Source: Octopus bimaculoides
Taxonomy: Eukaryota
Direction of reading: 5' to 3'
Assembly: GCF_001194135.2 (NCBI RefSeq)
Contig: NC_068981.1
Coordinates: 36,771,217-36,835,216, forward strand
DNA: 64,000 nt
The position numbers and the translations under genes are program-made. A model generated the notes under the pieces. That model searched no databases, was not told the origin of the DNA, and saw only the letters and a list, made by a program, of their open reading frames with translations. Each line of letters starts with the position of its first letter. Position 1 is the first letter of the stretch. Of this stretch, positions 24,121 through 37,929 are shown in pieces.

Positions 24121-24780
24121 ATCTATATGCAAATGCCTATAGAAAGAGATAACCTATTTATCATGCACATAAGCATTATGGAGTATTTTACTTGAAGCTT
24201 ACATATAAATTTGGACATGCATATTATCATAGCCTAACAGAAAGTTTCACCTTCTTATTATAGCATCACACACGCACACACACACACACACACACGCACA
24301 CACACACACACACACAGAAATTATCGTTCACATACACACTTGCACATAAACTTGTATATACAAACAAAATCTCACATCCACATGCACACGTATTATCATT
24401 GCAGGTTGCAGAGACACATTCTCTAACTGTGAATATACATGAATAGGAAATAAGGCTGACAGATATGACTATAGCTGTATATTTCAAAAATTGAGAAAAA
24501 TATATAAAGTATTTAACCAAATCAAACTATAATAAGATTATTTGAATTAAGTGAAAGCTGACGAAGTATTAAGAGTAGTAATGGTAGTCACAAAAATATG
24601 GTGATAACAAACAAACAACTCAATGATATTGAAAACCTAATAATAAGATATCAGATTTTATTTCTATGTGTGTGTATATACATACAAGTATATACTGTAA
24701 CATGCACACACATATATTATAGATGCACCTACATACATGCATATATAACATAGCTATCTTTAGATACATACACATACATT

Positions 24781-24824
<44 letters not shown>

Positions 24825-25633
24825 NNNNNNNNNNNNNNNNNNNNNNNNNNNNNNNNNNNNNNNNNNNNNNNNNNNNNNNNNNNNNNNNNNNNNNNNNNNN
24901 NNNNNNNNNNNNNNNNNNNNNNNNNNNNNNNNNNNNNNNNNNNNNNNNNNNNNNNNNNNNNNNNNNNNNNNNNNNNNNNNNNNNNNNNNNNNNNNNNNNN
25001 NNNNNNNNNNNNNNNNNNNNNNNNNNNNNNNNNNNNNNNNNNNNNNNNNNNNNNNNNNNNNNNNNNNNNNNNNNNNNNNNNNNNNNNNNNNNNNNNNNNN
25101 NNNNNNNNNNNNNNNNNNNNNNNNNNNNNNNNNNNNNNNNNNNNNNNNNNNNNNNNNNNNNNNNNNNNNNNNNNNNNNNNNNNNNNNNNNNNNNNNNNNN
25201 NNNNNNNNNNNNNNNNNNNNNNNNNNNNNNNNNNNNNNNNNNNNNNNNNNNNNNNNNNNNNNNNNNNNNNNNNNNNNNNNNNNNNNNNNNNNNNNNNNNN
25301 NNNNNNNNNNNNNNNNNNNNNNNNNNNNNNNNNNNNNNNNNNNNNNNNNNNNNNNNNNNNNNNNNNNNNNNNNNNNNNNNNNNNNNNNNNNNNNNNNNNN
25401 NNNNNNNNNNNNNNNNNNNNNNNNNNNNNNNNNNNNNNNNNNNNNNNNNNNNNNNNNNNNNNNNNNNNNNNNNNNNNNNNNNNNNNNNNNNNNNNNNNNN
25501 NNNNNNNNNNNNNNNNNNNNNNNNNNNNNNNNNNNNNNNNNNNNNNNNNNNNNNNNNNNNNNNNNNNNNNNNNNNNNNNNNNNNNNNNNNNNNNNNNNNN
25601 NNNNNNNNNNNNNNNNNNNNNNNNNNNNNNNNN
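24825..25633. other. Assembly gap between (TA)n and (ATT)n
   Basis: N run. Confidence 1.
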
Positions 25634-26029
25634 ATTATTATTATTATTATTATTATTTAAAAATACTTTTCAAACACTGGCTATCGAATATCATCTTTAT
25701 AAAATTTAGATTAAAAAATATAGAAACGAAAAGAAAACAAACAATAATGAAGTTTTCAGGTTTAAATAGATAATATATTGTAAAATGTATGCTGTGAAAT
25801 TTAAGAAAAAAAAAAAAAATAACATGATAAATATATATTTTTTATAAAGAGAAGGAAGGTCAAAATATTATGAAAATTATTGATCAAAATTTTATGGAAA
25901 CAGATGCAGAAAAAAATGTTTGAATGGGGGACATTCTTAAAAAAAAAAATAATCAAAGTTTAATATAGATATCAGCACCAAGATATATTTAATCTTGTAA
26001 AGAATATATCATGATCAAGAATATATCAT

Positions 26030-26135
26030 GTCATTGACAGCATCATCATCGTCATCACCATCATCATCATCATCATCATCCTCCTCCTCCTCATCATCAT
26101 CCTCATCATCCTCATCAGTAGCAGCAGCAGCAGCA
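26030..26135. repeat. (CAT)/(CCT)/(CAG) compound trinucleotide repeat
   Basis: Directly visible. Confidence 0.9.
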
Positions 26136-26274
26136 CCAACCTTAATGGCATTCTTATCAACAATATTGCTGGTATGGGTTTGAAAGGTATGCTATACAAT
26201 ATATCATCACCCATCTTACTCTTTTGTCATTACTTCTGAGAGGGCTTGTGTCATTGGAGAAACCTTATCGTTAT

Positions 26275-26485
26275 CATACCCTCATTATCACTTAATGTCT
26301 CTTCCCCACACTGGCATGCATTGGATAGTTTGACAGAAGCTGGTAAGCTGGAGAGCTGTACCAGGTTCTGATTGTATGTTTTGGCATGATTTCTATGGTT
26401 GGATGCTCCTCCTAATGCCAACCACTTTATGAAGTGCACTGAGCACTTTTTACATGGCATCAGCACACCAACACGGCACATGGCA
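26275..26485 (-). mobile_element. RTE-type 3' tail, degenerate
   Basis: CTGGCATG..GGATGCTCCTCCTAATGCCAACCAC. Confidence 0.6.
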
Positions 26486-26740
26486 TTAGTTCATGTAGGA
26501 CTCATTCACTTTAAACAACACATGTCAATGTAAGCAAGCTTCTACATAGTCACTTTCCTGCTAAATACAGTAACCAAATTTCCCTAAAATTACATGCTAC
26601 TATCTGAAGAAAAAAAAATTAGACATTTGATAATGCAATTTTAGATCCCCAAGAAAGGAAGATAAATAAATGGAAGACATTTGATAATAGACCTGTGCAA
26701 TTAGGGCTGATCTATGGCTAAATGAGAACAACAATCAGTA

Positions 26741-26890
26741 CAGTGCTGTTTAAAGTCATGGGCACACTAAGCAGGGGCCTAGGGGCCTGATAGGTCTATG
26801 TATGCTGTGCTTTGCTGTCAATAAATGTATACTGTAGGGTCCAATGTATTGATCTGCCCAGGAGCTTATAATGTTATTAAGATGGTTCTG
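26741..26890. mobile_element. Possible hAT-type MITE
   Basis: Degenerate termini CAGTGCTGTTTAA / TTAAGATGGTTCTG; no 8-bp TSD seen. Confidence 0.3.
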
Positions 26891-27742
26891 TATAAAGTAA
26901 TCTTCTTTGCTCACTCTGGCCAGGACATGCCAAGCTGCATTCTCAACTCAGTTATTTTCCTTTTACTCTGTAAAGTGATTGACACTAGCAAAGGTGTCCA
27001 ACTATAGAATTCAAGCTAAACTTCTAATTTTTGAGAGCATTTGCTTCCAAAGAGAGGCAACTCTAAACATAAGAGCTCAACCCATGCCAGCATGGAAAGC
27101 AGATGTAAAATGATGATGAAGTGGAGGAGGAAAGATCATGCTCACTACATTCCCTTCAACTCTGGCACCTCTGTATTTAATATCCATGTGAAATGTGCAT
27201 GAGCTCTATTTTATCTATATAAAATTGGCATCTTTTTTGTCTTGCTTTTATTTGAAGAATTATCATTTTCAGTCATATAGAAAAAGTATGGCCAACAGGT
27301 AGAGGGATATTGTGGCAAAGGAGAGACCTGCCCTTGGGGATAAGGATAGGTTGAAACAACCACTAAAATCTCTACAGCTTAACTTGATATCTTGGGAAAG
27401 TTATTGTCTAGATCAATCTACATGGTGTAAAATGTATTAAAATGCATCAAATCAATTTGAATTGAAGAAAAAGAACAATAGAAGAATTATATCCTGTAAT
27501 CAACAAACACATTAGCCCAATCCAAAGTAAAATCAAAACCATCATTATTCCCATTGTGACTTCTCAACAAAATCCATTCCTGGACTCAAATTGCATTCAT
27601 GCATCCATTGGAAATAGATGCAGCTTCTTTTAGTTTTCATTTAAAAGTTATTTATCTCTTTTCCCACTTTTTTCCTCTTCTACATAAACACTTACATGTC
27701 AAAATCGATGGGAGCGACCATCATGATGATATAAGGTTTGTA

Positions 27743-27792
<50 letters not shown>

Positions 27793-27826
27793 NNNNNNNN
27801 NNNNNNNNNNNNNNNNNNNNNNNNNA

Positions 27827-27871
<45 letters not shown>

Positions 27872-27889
27872 ATCTGTATGCACACATCA

Positions 27890-28130
27890 TCATCATCATC
27901 ATCAACTTTATTGCCATTATCTTTATCAGTTTATATCTACATTCTATGCTGGCATGTATTAGATGAGTTATCTCAGTCTGTGTCTTATTGAAAGTTATTG
28001 CGCTTCTAGATGAGTTTTAAAGGGTTATTTCTTACTTATATGTTCCTTGCTTGGTCTGGTTTCTATGACTGAGTGTCCTTCCTATCATCAACTACCTTTC
28101 AGAATATACTGGATACATTAATTGTGGTTA
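27890..28130 (-). mobile_element. RTE-type 3' tail, very degenerate
   Basis: (CAT)n..TATGCTGGCATG..GGTTTCTATGACTGAGTGTCCTTCCTA. Confidence 0.45.
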
Positions 28131-28738
28131 TGTCATCGACAAGATGAAAGAGTTATCACAGTTCCACATTCTCTCTTCTCATTCACTAACAATTCTGTTA
28201 AGTGTACTGAGTACATTTTATCCTGGCATCAATACTAAGTGGCTGGATTTGTACCTGATAAGATTAAAGATTCTCATTACATTATGACTGAGAAGGTGGA
28301 TAGGTGAGCGAGAAATCACAGAAGATAAATCAAACAGAAGGAAGGGAGTACAGTGCAAGAATATCATGTTAGAAATGGTGATTAAAGTGGGAAAGTGATA
28401 GAGGAAGAGTTAGTATGGTAGATACTATTACAGGTGAGTAAATGGTAAGACTGGATGACAGATGTCAATAACAAGTAGCCTGGTTGTGTGGTAGCACAGG
28501 AAGGGTAATGATAGAATGTATGGGTACAAGCAGATCTGATGCAACCTCTCATACTTTGGCCTCAGTGGGTTAGCAAGGGCTAGAGTGATAATGATGACAT
28601 AATGTGAGTGTTGGGAAATGAGAGAGAAAGAGATTCAGTAGCATCCCTAGTTATACTGTAAGCATAGTGCAGAGAAGAGAGATTTACTATCATAATTGGT
28701 GATACTGACAGTAAAATACAGTAAAAAGAAGAGAGGGT

Positions 28739-28793
<55 letters not shown>

Positions 28794-29689
28794 TATTTCA
28801 CTTAGGCATTGCGATACTAATAACCTGGTGTTAGAACTCAATATACATATGCTCCACAATTCATGTTTGAAGCTCTCTGGTGAAGCTGAAGGGTGATATT
28901 CAAGCACTCAACTATGAGTGCATTGCATCTTATAGCAGAAACAGTTGTAAACTAATGGAGTTCATAACATAACTGTTTATTCCTTTGTCATTCCAATTTC
29001 TTAAATATATAGATGTTACGGATAGATGAGTTCATAACATTAATGGTTGCAAGTATTCATGTCATAATCATGTGTTGCTCTCTAGGACAAAATATCCTAA
29101 AAAAATGTTTAGTGCTATGACAAAGCCAGCTTCTGAGGTATGCAAGGTCACTGGGTGGAAATATTGAAGCCAAAACCCGAATAAGATATGTACTTAATTT
29201 TCATATGTATTCTGAAAATACACATGAAGTAAAATCATTCATTCAGAATACAATTTTAAAAGCTTGATTTGACAATGAATGCAGAAGGGCTAGAATACGA
29301 AATAAGCTTTTTCAGTAAATTAGTTAAGTGTAAAACTCCTGTGAAGGAGTATGTTTGTGCTAGCAATGTGCAACCACAATTAAGCAGTGAGTCAGATGAA
29401 AAAATATACAAGTCTAAACTGTGAAAACAGTTGACATGCAACAAGCTTAACAGCAGGATGTGGCAGAACAAATTCTCTTTCTACTTTGACATCCCTATTA
29501 TTGTATACAATGAAACTGCATATGGCAATGCAATGACATATGGCAATTATGTTGTTTGTTTCTCATATATTTTTTCATAAAGTTTTCCAAACAAAAAAAA
29601 TTATTGTGATAACAAAAGATAACAAAAATACCATTAGATAAATGGAAATTCTCTCAAAAGAGAAGGAAAGACTGTTTAATAACCTTGCT

Positions 29690-29945
29690 TAGAATGGTTA
29701 GTAAGGTAATGGATCAACTGTGCACAAAAAAGGAACAAAAATAGACAAAACAAAACTACTATAAGCTTATTTTCTTAGAAATCATTTCACATCAAGCAAA
29801 AAATATGGTTTCCTTAGAAACAGCTACAAACTCTCATGCTATTTTTTCTCATATTAAGGATAGTTATCTTGACATGGGTCAAGAATAATGTGCAATAGCT
29901 CTGGACATTAAAAGAGCTTTTAACAAAGTTTGGTACAATCAAGCA
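29690..29945 (+). mobile_element. LINE RT remnant (L2/Jockey-like)
   Basis: SKVMD..YGF..CAIALDIKRAFNKVWY (cf. ALDISKAFDKVWH). Confidence 0.55.
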
Positions 29946-30110
29946 CAAGCATCGCTGCATGGTTAAGTTCGCTTGGCAATCAGGCAATTACAGTTTTGAT
30001 TCCATGTATGCTACCTTGGGCAGGTTTCTTCCCCCATAGCCTTAAGCTGACCTATACTTTATGAGTATAATTTGGTTGGCAGAAAATGTGGTGAAGCTCA
30101 ATGTGTATGT
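29945..30110 (+). mobile_element. SINE family B head, degenerate
   Basis: GCTGCATGGTTAAG..ACCTTGGGCAGGT..ATAGCCTTAAGCTGACC. Confidence 0.55.
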
Positions 30111-30125
30111 ATGTATGTGTGTGTG

Positions 30126-30172
<47 letters not shown>

Positions 30173-30220
30173 ATGTAGTATGTATGTATGTATGTATGTA
30201 TATATGACTATACACACACA

Positions 30221-31425
30221 TTAGGGTGTTCAGAAACTAATTGCGTTTTTTTCACCACTATGAAATACAGATCAACCATTCACATCAGAGACAAGATCAA
30301 ATGAGCAGAAACTACATAGAAATAGTATATCATCTCCTCTATCTGGCAGTATGTCATTCATGGTTATTTTGGTAATTAACCTCATGGACCACAAGAACTT
30401 TATGAAACAAAGTATTCACCATTGCTTTCTGTATGAATTTTTGAAAGAAAAGTATCACTACAAAAGCAGTGAAAAAAATTTGTGAAGTGTATTCAGATGC
30501 AGTGAAAGGTCGTACATGTCAGTTGTGGTTTAAAAGGTTTAAAGATGGCGATTGTGAAATATCCAACAAGCCTTGCTCTGGAAAACGACCCACTCTGAAT
30601 GATGACCTTTTGAATGAGACTACTGTATCAGATCCACGTCAAAGCACCAGAGATTCAGCACAAAAAATTACTGTATCATGTTCAACTATCCATGAACATC
30701 TCAAGCAAATTGGGGAAAACATGCAAAGAGGGAATTTGAGTTCCATATGTACTTACACATGAGACCCAAACACAATGTCCAACCATCTATAGCAGAGTTC
30801 GAACCAGGAATAACAACCTGTCATTTCTGCAGTGCTTTGTTATAGGTGATGAAAAATAGGTTTTGCATCACAACAGAAATCAAAAAAGAGACATGGTTAT
30901 CATGTAGTGAGAGGCCAGTGTTAACACCAAAACCATAACTCCATCCACAAAATTCTTTGCTCTAGTGGAGCATGAAAGTAAGGACCATTAATGCAGATGT
31001 CTATTGCCAGCAACTTGATCATGGAAATGAAAAATGACATCGAAAGTAGCCAGCTTTGGTAAAGAGAAAAGGAGTCGCTCTCCAGCATGACAATGCATGA
31101 CCCTATTCTTCAAAACAAACCCAAGAAAAAATAAGACCGTCAGGATGGGAAGCTCTTTCACATTCTCCATACTCACCTGACTTAGCACCTATGGATTTCC
31201 ATCTGTTCCAGTATCTAGAACATTTTATAAGAGGCAAAACATCCAGAAACAGAGAGGAAGTTGAAAACAGTCTTTCAGACATTTTTCAAGAAAAGAAATA
31301 CTTTTCTTTGAATATGGTTTAAAAAAAAATTACTTTCGAAGTTGGGTTGCAGTTGTTGAAAACACTGGTGATTATATTCTCAATTAAAACTATTCAGATA
31401 AATGTAGTTTACATTCATTTTTATA
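30221..31425 (+). mobile_element. Mariner element, near full length, inactive; right TIR not seen
   Basis: Left TIR-like TTAGGGTGTTCAGAAACTAATTGCG; HTH region CQLWFKRFKDGD..SGKRP; GDEK, QHDNA, PYSPDLAPMDFHLF motifs with stops and frameshifts. Confidence 0.9.
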
Positions 31426-31431
31426 TTATGC

Positions 31432-31727
31432 GTAAGTGGGCTGGCTACATCCCTGGCAGAGGCCTTGAATTTTAGTCTCACTTGGCTTGCCAGGTCTTCT
31501 CACGCACAGCATATTTCCAAAGGTCTCAGTCGCAAGTCATTGCCTCGGTGAGGCCTAATGTTCGGAGGTCGTACTTCACCACCTCATCCCAGGTATTCCT
31601 GGGCCTGCCTCTTCCCTCAACCACTAGGGTGTGGCTCTCTTTCACACAGCTATCCTCATCTATTCTTGCCACATGTCCATACCAACGCAATCGTCTCTCT
31701 TGCACACCACAACTGATGCTTCTTACA
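31432..31727 (-). mobile_element. RTE LINE ORF C-terminal fragment
   Basis: LRWYGHVARIDEDSCVK..GRGRPRNTWDEVVKYDLRTLGL on the minus strand. Confidence 0.85.
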
Positions 31728-32056
31728 AATTGAAAATCAAGACTCAGAGTGCATATGAAACATAATTTGAAATCTAGCAGAAATTAATCATTGAACAATA
31801 TTAAATCTAGAGTTGATGATTATGTTGGTTAAAATAGTATTCACATGATATTTTGCAGCCTACTGTAAAGTGTGTGAAGAAAACGTCAAACTACTATCAT
31901 TTCTTTGAGATGATGAAACCAATGTCAGTAAAGTTTAATGGACATACAATGTTCAAGAGAACTAATTAAGAAATATGATAAAACTTGAACACAGTTGTAT
32001 CTTTAATACAATTTGTTTGAAAGAAAAGCTGCCTCTCTTTACATTAACAGATGTAC

Positions 32057-32088
<32 letters not shown>

Positions 32089-33352
32089 GTATGTATATAT
32101 TTATGTATGTATGTGTGTATCTATACATGTATATATCCATGTATGTATTTGTGTATGTTTTTATGAGTTTATATTTGAGTGTTGTGTGCATGTGTGTGTT
32201 GTGTGCTTGCATGTGTATGTCTGCATATATGTGTATATATATGTATATTGAAGGATGGAAGCATTGATAACCTCACTCCCTGCAAAAAATGGTGATATTT
32301 GTTCTGCTCCAAGTTACACAGACAATCTCTTGTCACTTTCATTACTGAAAATGCAGTGAACCAGGGATTGGCACATTGGAAACCTATAACCAAAAACACT
32401 ATTGTTTACCAATCATGATATTAATTAAAAAAATAAAAGTGAATAAAATAAATGAATAAAAGTACTCACACAGCATTGAGGTGAAATCTAAGAATGTATG
32501 AAGAAAATTACTTGTCTAGTTGTAGAATATCAGTCTTTCAAAGATAACTTTGTCAATACCTGGTAGACTGAGATTTTATCAAAATGAAAGCATAGCAAAA
32601 GACTAAGTTTCCAACTTTTCAGATGACATAAGTTCATCGTAATTTTCCCCACAAGAAAAAGAAAAAAAAAACATGCCAAATATTACAAAAGCACACTTAA
32701 AATTTCATGCTGGTTTTTAAGAATGTGTTTAACATTTTAAGTGTCAACAAATTTGCTACATGGCTTGCAAAAGGTTTGGTAGACTACATAAATCATAGGT
32801 GCAAAATATGAAGAATACATTAGCTGCTCACATAGTCTTTTCAGCCAACTTATTTCAGTTCAAGACAAAGATTTAAAAACCATCATGTCATTTTCTGTGA
32901 TATTCGTTTCTTCTACTTTCTATGGTATATAGAGAAAGCCTCTTATCTAGAATCTTACAAATTCATATTGTATCTCATAATGTACCTCCACATAATAAAG
33001 AAATGTCTTTCTTCCAAGCACTAACAAGAAAGGGAGTAATCAAGCCCATGAATCTGTAAAGTTTAATATTGCAGACATGGTGTTTTAGTTTGATGTTACT
33101 GAGTGTTCTTTGGCTTTGTATATCTTCCCCAAGATCGTCCCCTCTTGTATATCGTCCCCTCTTACCACTATGATACTTCGGCCAAATACCTTTGTAGGTA
33201 TGATTCTTTGAAGGTTAAAATTATATCTCAAGCCATTGATAGGATCATCAAGGTACTATTGGTGGCAAGAATATGACCCTTATTTCACCCCAATTACTGA
33301 CAAGTCGACCACCTGAGCAAATAGGTTCATTGTCTAATATGAGAAGAGCTTA

Positions 33353-33570
33353 AGGCAGTGGGCTGGCAGAATCAGTAGCACACCAAGCTAAGTGCTTAGT
33401 GGAATTTCATCTATTTTACGTTCTGAGTTCAAATTTTGGTGGGACTGACTTTACCTTTCATCTTTTTGGGGGTCTATAAAATAAGCACCATTTGAACACT
33501 GGTATTGATGTAATCGACTTAACCCCCTCTTCTGAAATTACTGCCTTGTGCCAAAATTTGAAACTAATAT
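33353..33570 (+). mobile_element. SINE family A, tail variant 2
   Basis: GGGCTGGCAGAATC..TTCTGAGTTCAAAT..GCCTTGTGCCAAAATTTGAAAC. Confidence 0.85.
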
Positions 33571-33869
33571 TAGTAAAGCCTTCGCCTCATCAACTAAAAG
33601 CTTGAGGACATCTTCCTGACATTTATGCCTTCCAAGAGCAAAATTCTAGCAAGCCTAATATTCATGCTGAGCCAATAATTATCAGAACTAGCAAACTTAC
33701 CCATCTACGATGTGTGATAAGAGCAAGGTGCAAATCGAGACAATTTAAGTTGTAATGTACTTATTTTCATTCACTATATTTGCTAGTGCCAAACTATATA
33801 GTGTGCCTTATTGAACAATATATATGTAAACGTTTACATAACACATTCATGGTGCTATCTTTACAAAAC

Positions 33870-34400
33870 ATCTTTGTAAACAATATTTTCCATTTGTCCG
33901 CTACTAAGCTTCAAATTAGCTGAATCCGTAGCCCTACTCATCGTGACATACAGCTGGCTGTGCGTGAACATAGGAGAGGGCAGAAACACACCGATGCAGG
34001 AGCAGGAAGAGGAGGTTGGACTGATCTCTGCGGGAAAAGGTAGGCCTCTCTATTCCTCTTACAAAACTTACTTCCGGGTGCCAAATTTGCCTCAATTGAT
34101 GGTATTACTCAGGTAGGACAGGGACAGGGGCCGAAGGAGGAGGTCAAGCATGTCCCTTTAAGAGGGTGCAGGCCACTCTATTCCTTCTGCTAAAGTTATT
34201 TCCGGGTGCCAAAGTTACCTCAATTGATGGAATTTTTCTAAAAAATATGGGGAGAGGAGAGACTAAACCTATACATAAACCACCCTAGAGACCTCCCGAA
34301 CACTCCTACAGAGTTTCATGCCGATTGGCCCAACCGCTTGGCCGTGATGTGAATACAGATGGACAGATGGACATTACACCCATTATAGTATGATAGTAAT
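33870..34400 (+). mobile_element. Probable non-autonomous Helitron/Helentron-like element with 128-bp internal duplication
   Basis: 3' end GTTTCATGCCGATTGG, hairpin CCAA-CCGC-TTGG, (ACAGATGG)2, CCCATTATAGTATGATAG; direct repeat 34042-34102 / 34170-34230. Confidence 0.5.
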
Positions 34401-34469
34401 GATGCACTGGTAATTGGTGCGTTGTCTTTAGAAACTTGTGAGCAACCACATCTCCCATGCCACTATCAT

Positions 34470-35475
34470 TAACATTTGATGCATGTGTACGAACAGCCAT
34501 GCTACATGGCAGTAAAACATGGGCTGTGACTGTTGAGGACATGCATAAGCTTGCAAGGAACGAACCCAGTATGCTCTGCTGGATGTGTAATGTCAGTGTG
34601 CATACTCAACAGAGTATAAGAGCCCTGAGAGAAAAGTTGGACCTAAGAAACATCAGATGTGGTGTGCAAGAGAGACAACTGCGCTGATATGGTCATGTGG
34701 TGTGAATGGATGAGGATAGCTGTGTGAAAACATATCACACCCTTGAGATTAAGGGAACCCATGGAAGAGGTAGACACAGGAAGAGGTGGTGAAGCACAAC
34801 CTTCGAACATTAGGCCTCACCAAGGCAATGACTAGTGACTGAGACCTTTGGAAATATGCTGTACTTGAGGAGACCCGGCAAGCCAAGTGAGACCATAACC
34901 CGTGGCCTATGCCAGTGGTGTAATCAGCCCACTTATGCGCACCTTTCCTTCATTGGACACTAAACTCTGCTTGCAAAAAGCTGTTGAAGCAAGTGAAATC
35001 GAAATCAAATTCAATGATAGCACAGTACGACTGGCATCTGTGCTAGTGGAGCACTATGAGCACCATCTGAGCATGATCGTTGCCAGGGCTACTGACTGGC
35101 TCCCATGCCGGTGGCACATAAAAAGCACCATTCAAGCATGATCGTTACCAGTGTCACCTTACTGGCATGTGAAAAACAACATTTGAGCAAGGTTGTTACC
35201 AGTGCCGCTAGACTGGCTCCTGTGCAGGTGACACATAAAAAACACCATTTGGGCGTGGCTGTTGTCAGTACTGCCTGACTGGCCCTCGTGCCATTGGCAC
35301 AGAAAAGCACCCACTACACTCTCGGAGTGGTTGGCATTAGGAAGGGCATCCAGCTGTAGAAACTCTGCCAGATCAGATTGGAGCCTGGTGCAGCCATCTG
35401 GCTTGCCAGTCCCCAGTCAAACCGTCTAACTCATGCCAGCATGGAAAGCGGATGTTAAACGATGATGATGATGAC
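34470..35475 (+). mobile_element. RTE LINE 3' portion
   Basis: ACVRTAMLHGSKTWAV..MLCWMCNVSV..LREKLDLRNIRCGVQERQLR; 3' UTR ending (GAT)n. Confidence 0.9.
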
Positions 35476-37014
35476 TATTTGCCTTTATGCAATGCTGATA
35501 AACATTCATTAACAGACAACTTCATTTGAAAAACTTGGGTTTTCCAAGGTATTGACTGCCAATACAACCCTGTTTCACCACTATTACGTAATTAATAGCC
35601 CTTAATAATTAAATATTTTAACCTGTTCCGAAATGCTTTGATTTTCTTGCTTGGTGAGCTGCCTGGATTACTGTGGGTAATTGTATTAACCCTTCTGCAG
35701 TGATTTCTAAATCACCATCACATCACTAGCTTTGAAATTTTTGATGCGTATATGCTAGCTAGCTTGGCTGCAACACTTTCAGTTTTGATGCCACAGATGT
35801 TGTTGGTGTAGTATCATTGACAGATAAACTACTTTGTCACTGCCTTCTTAATAACGACTCTAATATGTTACAACATTCCATGATCTATAAATTCAATGAA
35901 AATTTATTAACTGAAACTGATTTTCGTTATAACGATACTGTTCTTACAGGATTGTGATATAATCTGGTTGTAATTTGCTTTCAAATCTAATAACTTACAC
36001 TCAGAAACAAAGATTAAATCAAGTTGAAATGGGCAAATACTTTATTATGAGTAACACTTATGTTAGATTAATAAGTTCAGTGCAATAGCACAATGTGACA
36101 ATAACTACCTTACACAACACAACTTGTATGGCTCTATATAACTTTTGATATTTCAGTGATTGGATATGTTTTAGATATATGTTGTACTACTTGGCTTTAA
36201 GAGAAAATAATAATCTAAAGAAAAAGCATGTGGCCTTATCTGCAAACTAGAAGCAGGAGCTTACAATTAAGTTAGAGACTGGTACTTCATTGGAATGAGT
36301 TTGAGAAGAACAGTATGACAGTTTTCTTCACAAGCAAGGTGAAGAACAACCTAGTGGATTTCCTTTGAAATTTAATATTCCTTAAAATTCTAAGGCATCA
36401 CCTGTTAGCACAAGGAAACATATCAGAGTTGCAAAATATAGAAACCAATATATTTATTCACTGAACAAAAACTGCAAGTCAACACAAGTTGTATTGTGTT
36501 TTATATAGTGGTGATTATCATATTGTGTTTCTATGCTGAATCTGCCATTGTTTCTACGATGTTACTTTGTATATATGATGTGTGTTAAGAAGTTATTGGA
36601 GATCCAGCAATTACACTGGCTTTGATAGTTTTTTTTTTGTTTTTATTAAATGTTTTAACAGTTGCTTTATGTATATCAAACTACTTTGCAATTTCTATGG
36701 AACACTTTCTATTTGAAGTTCATCTAATATATTCATTTTCATTTCTAGAGAAATCAACTTTCTTGACATTTGAAACTCTTATTCACTCTTGAAAATATTT
36801 TGAAAGATATTTGAATAATTATACCTCACTTGTTAATTTAGAGAGTGGTCTATTTCAATATCATAAAAGTGAAATGAAAGTAAAAAAAAAAAAAATAATG
36901 TAAAACTAAAGTTGAAATGATGAAGTTGTATTTCTGTACACATAAAGTGAAAAAGCAAAAGCAAAATGGAACCATGCAAACTAAGTACCATGTAAACTGA
37001 AGTGGGTTCAGAAA

Positions 37015-37175
37015 AAGGGTTGGAAATAAAAAGGATGTCCAGCTGTAGAAACCATGCCAAAACTGAGAAATTGAAGCAAAACAGCTTCCTTTGACCCATT
37101 GGATTCCGTCAAATGATCCAACACATGCAAGTATGGAAAGTAAAGGTGAAATGACAATGATGATGATGATGAGGA
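37015..37175 (+). mobile_element. RTE-type 3' tail
   Basis: CCAGCTGTAGAAACCATGCC..CATGCAAGTATGGAAAG..(GAT)n. Confidence 0.6.
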
Positions 37176-37220
37176 GGGCAATGAAAATGACATATACATA
37201 TGTGTATATATATGAATATA

Positions 37221-37925
37221 CAGGGTGTTCAGGCCAAATTTCCCAGTTTGCATAAAACGAAAATAAAACAATATCCTATTTAAAGATAAAAGTATTTAGA
37301 AAATCAAAAAATATCAACTAGATTATGATTATGGCTAAGATATAACAATTTACTCTAAGTAGCCACCCTAATCTTCCACCACAGCCTCAAAGAGGCTCCG
37401 GAATCTCATGCACACATTCCTCACCGTGTCCCTGGGACAATTTTCAAACACCTCTTTGATTTTGGCCACCAACTTGGCCTTGCTGCTGCAAGCAGAGTTG
37501 TTGTATCTCATACATTGTAATCCATAGCATTACAATCAAGGGAATTTTAGGGGCCACAAATTGGGACTGGTGAAGTTATAGAAATTCTCCAACAACCACT
37601 TTTGATTCTTTCTGAAGGTATGGCAAGGAACTGAATCCTGCTGCCACACATATGGCCTTCCAGCAGCAACCCTCTCCTGTCAGATTTTGACGACAATCTT
37701 CATCAGCTTCACACAGTGATCTGAATTGAGCCTTAGGCTTTGTTCATACATGTAGGACAACATGATGTCACCCTCAATGGAGACATCCAAAGGCTATCAC
37801 ATTTTGAGGAAGTTGATTTTCATGATAAGTACAATATCACATGGATTGTAGACAAGCTATCTGTTGTTCTGGGTGTTGTGTAACTGGTCCTGGCAGAAGT
37901 TCTTTTCATCTCAGCAGATCATCCT
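37221..37925 (-). mobile_element. Tc1/mariner-superfamily element, 3' half with TIR
   Basis: TA-CAGGGTGTTCAGGCCAAATT terminus; minus strand VAAGRPYVWQQDSVPCHT and downstream DDE-region remnants. Confidence 0.8.
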
Positions 37926-37929
37926 TGGC

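Noticed and set aside
23617-24132. Many overlapping YI/HT/CV-repeat ORFs here and at 8.2-8.6, 38.4-38.7, 41.0-41.5 and 63.7-64.0 kb
   Set aside because: Dinucleotide and tetranucleotide repeats lack stop codons; not genes.
8856-25709. Long ORFs in the track (260-490 aa) around 8.9-10.0, 10.9-12.6, 16.6-17.5, 24.7-25.7 kb, and likewise 60.2-61.2 kb
   Set aside because: They are translations through N gaps and microsatellites.
37675-37705. Minus-strand CTGATGA-AGATT..AATCT-GACA
   Set aside because: Lies within transposase coding sequence, GACA is not GAAA and there is no stem I; likely chance.
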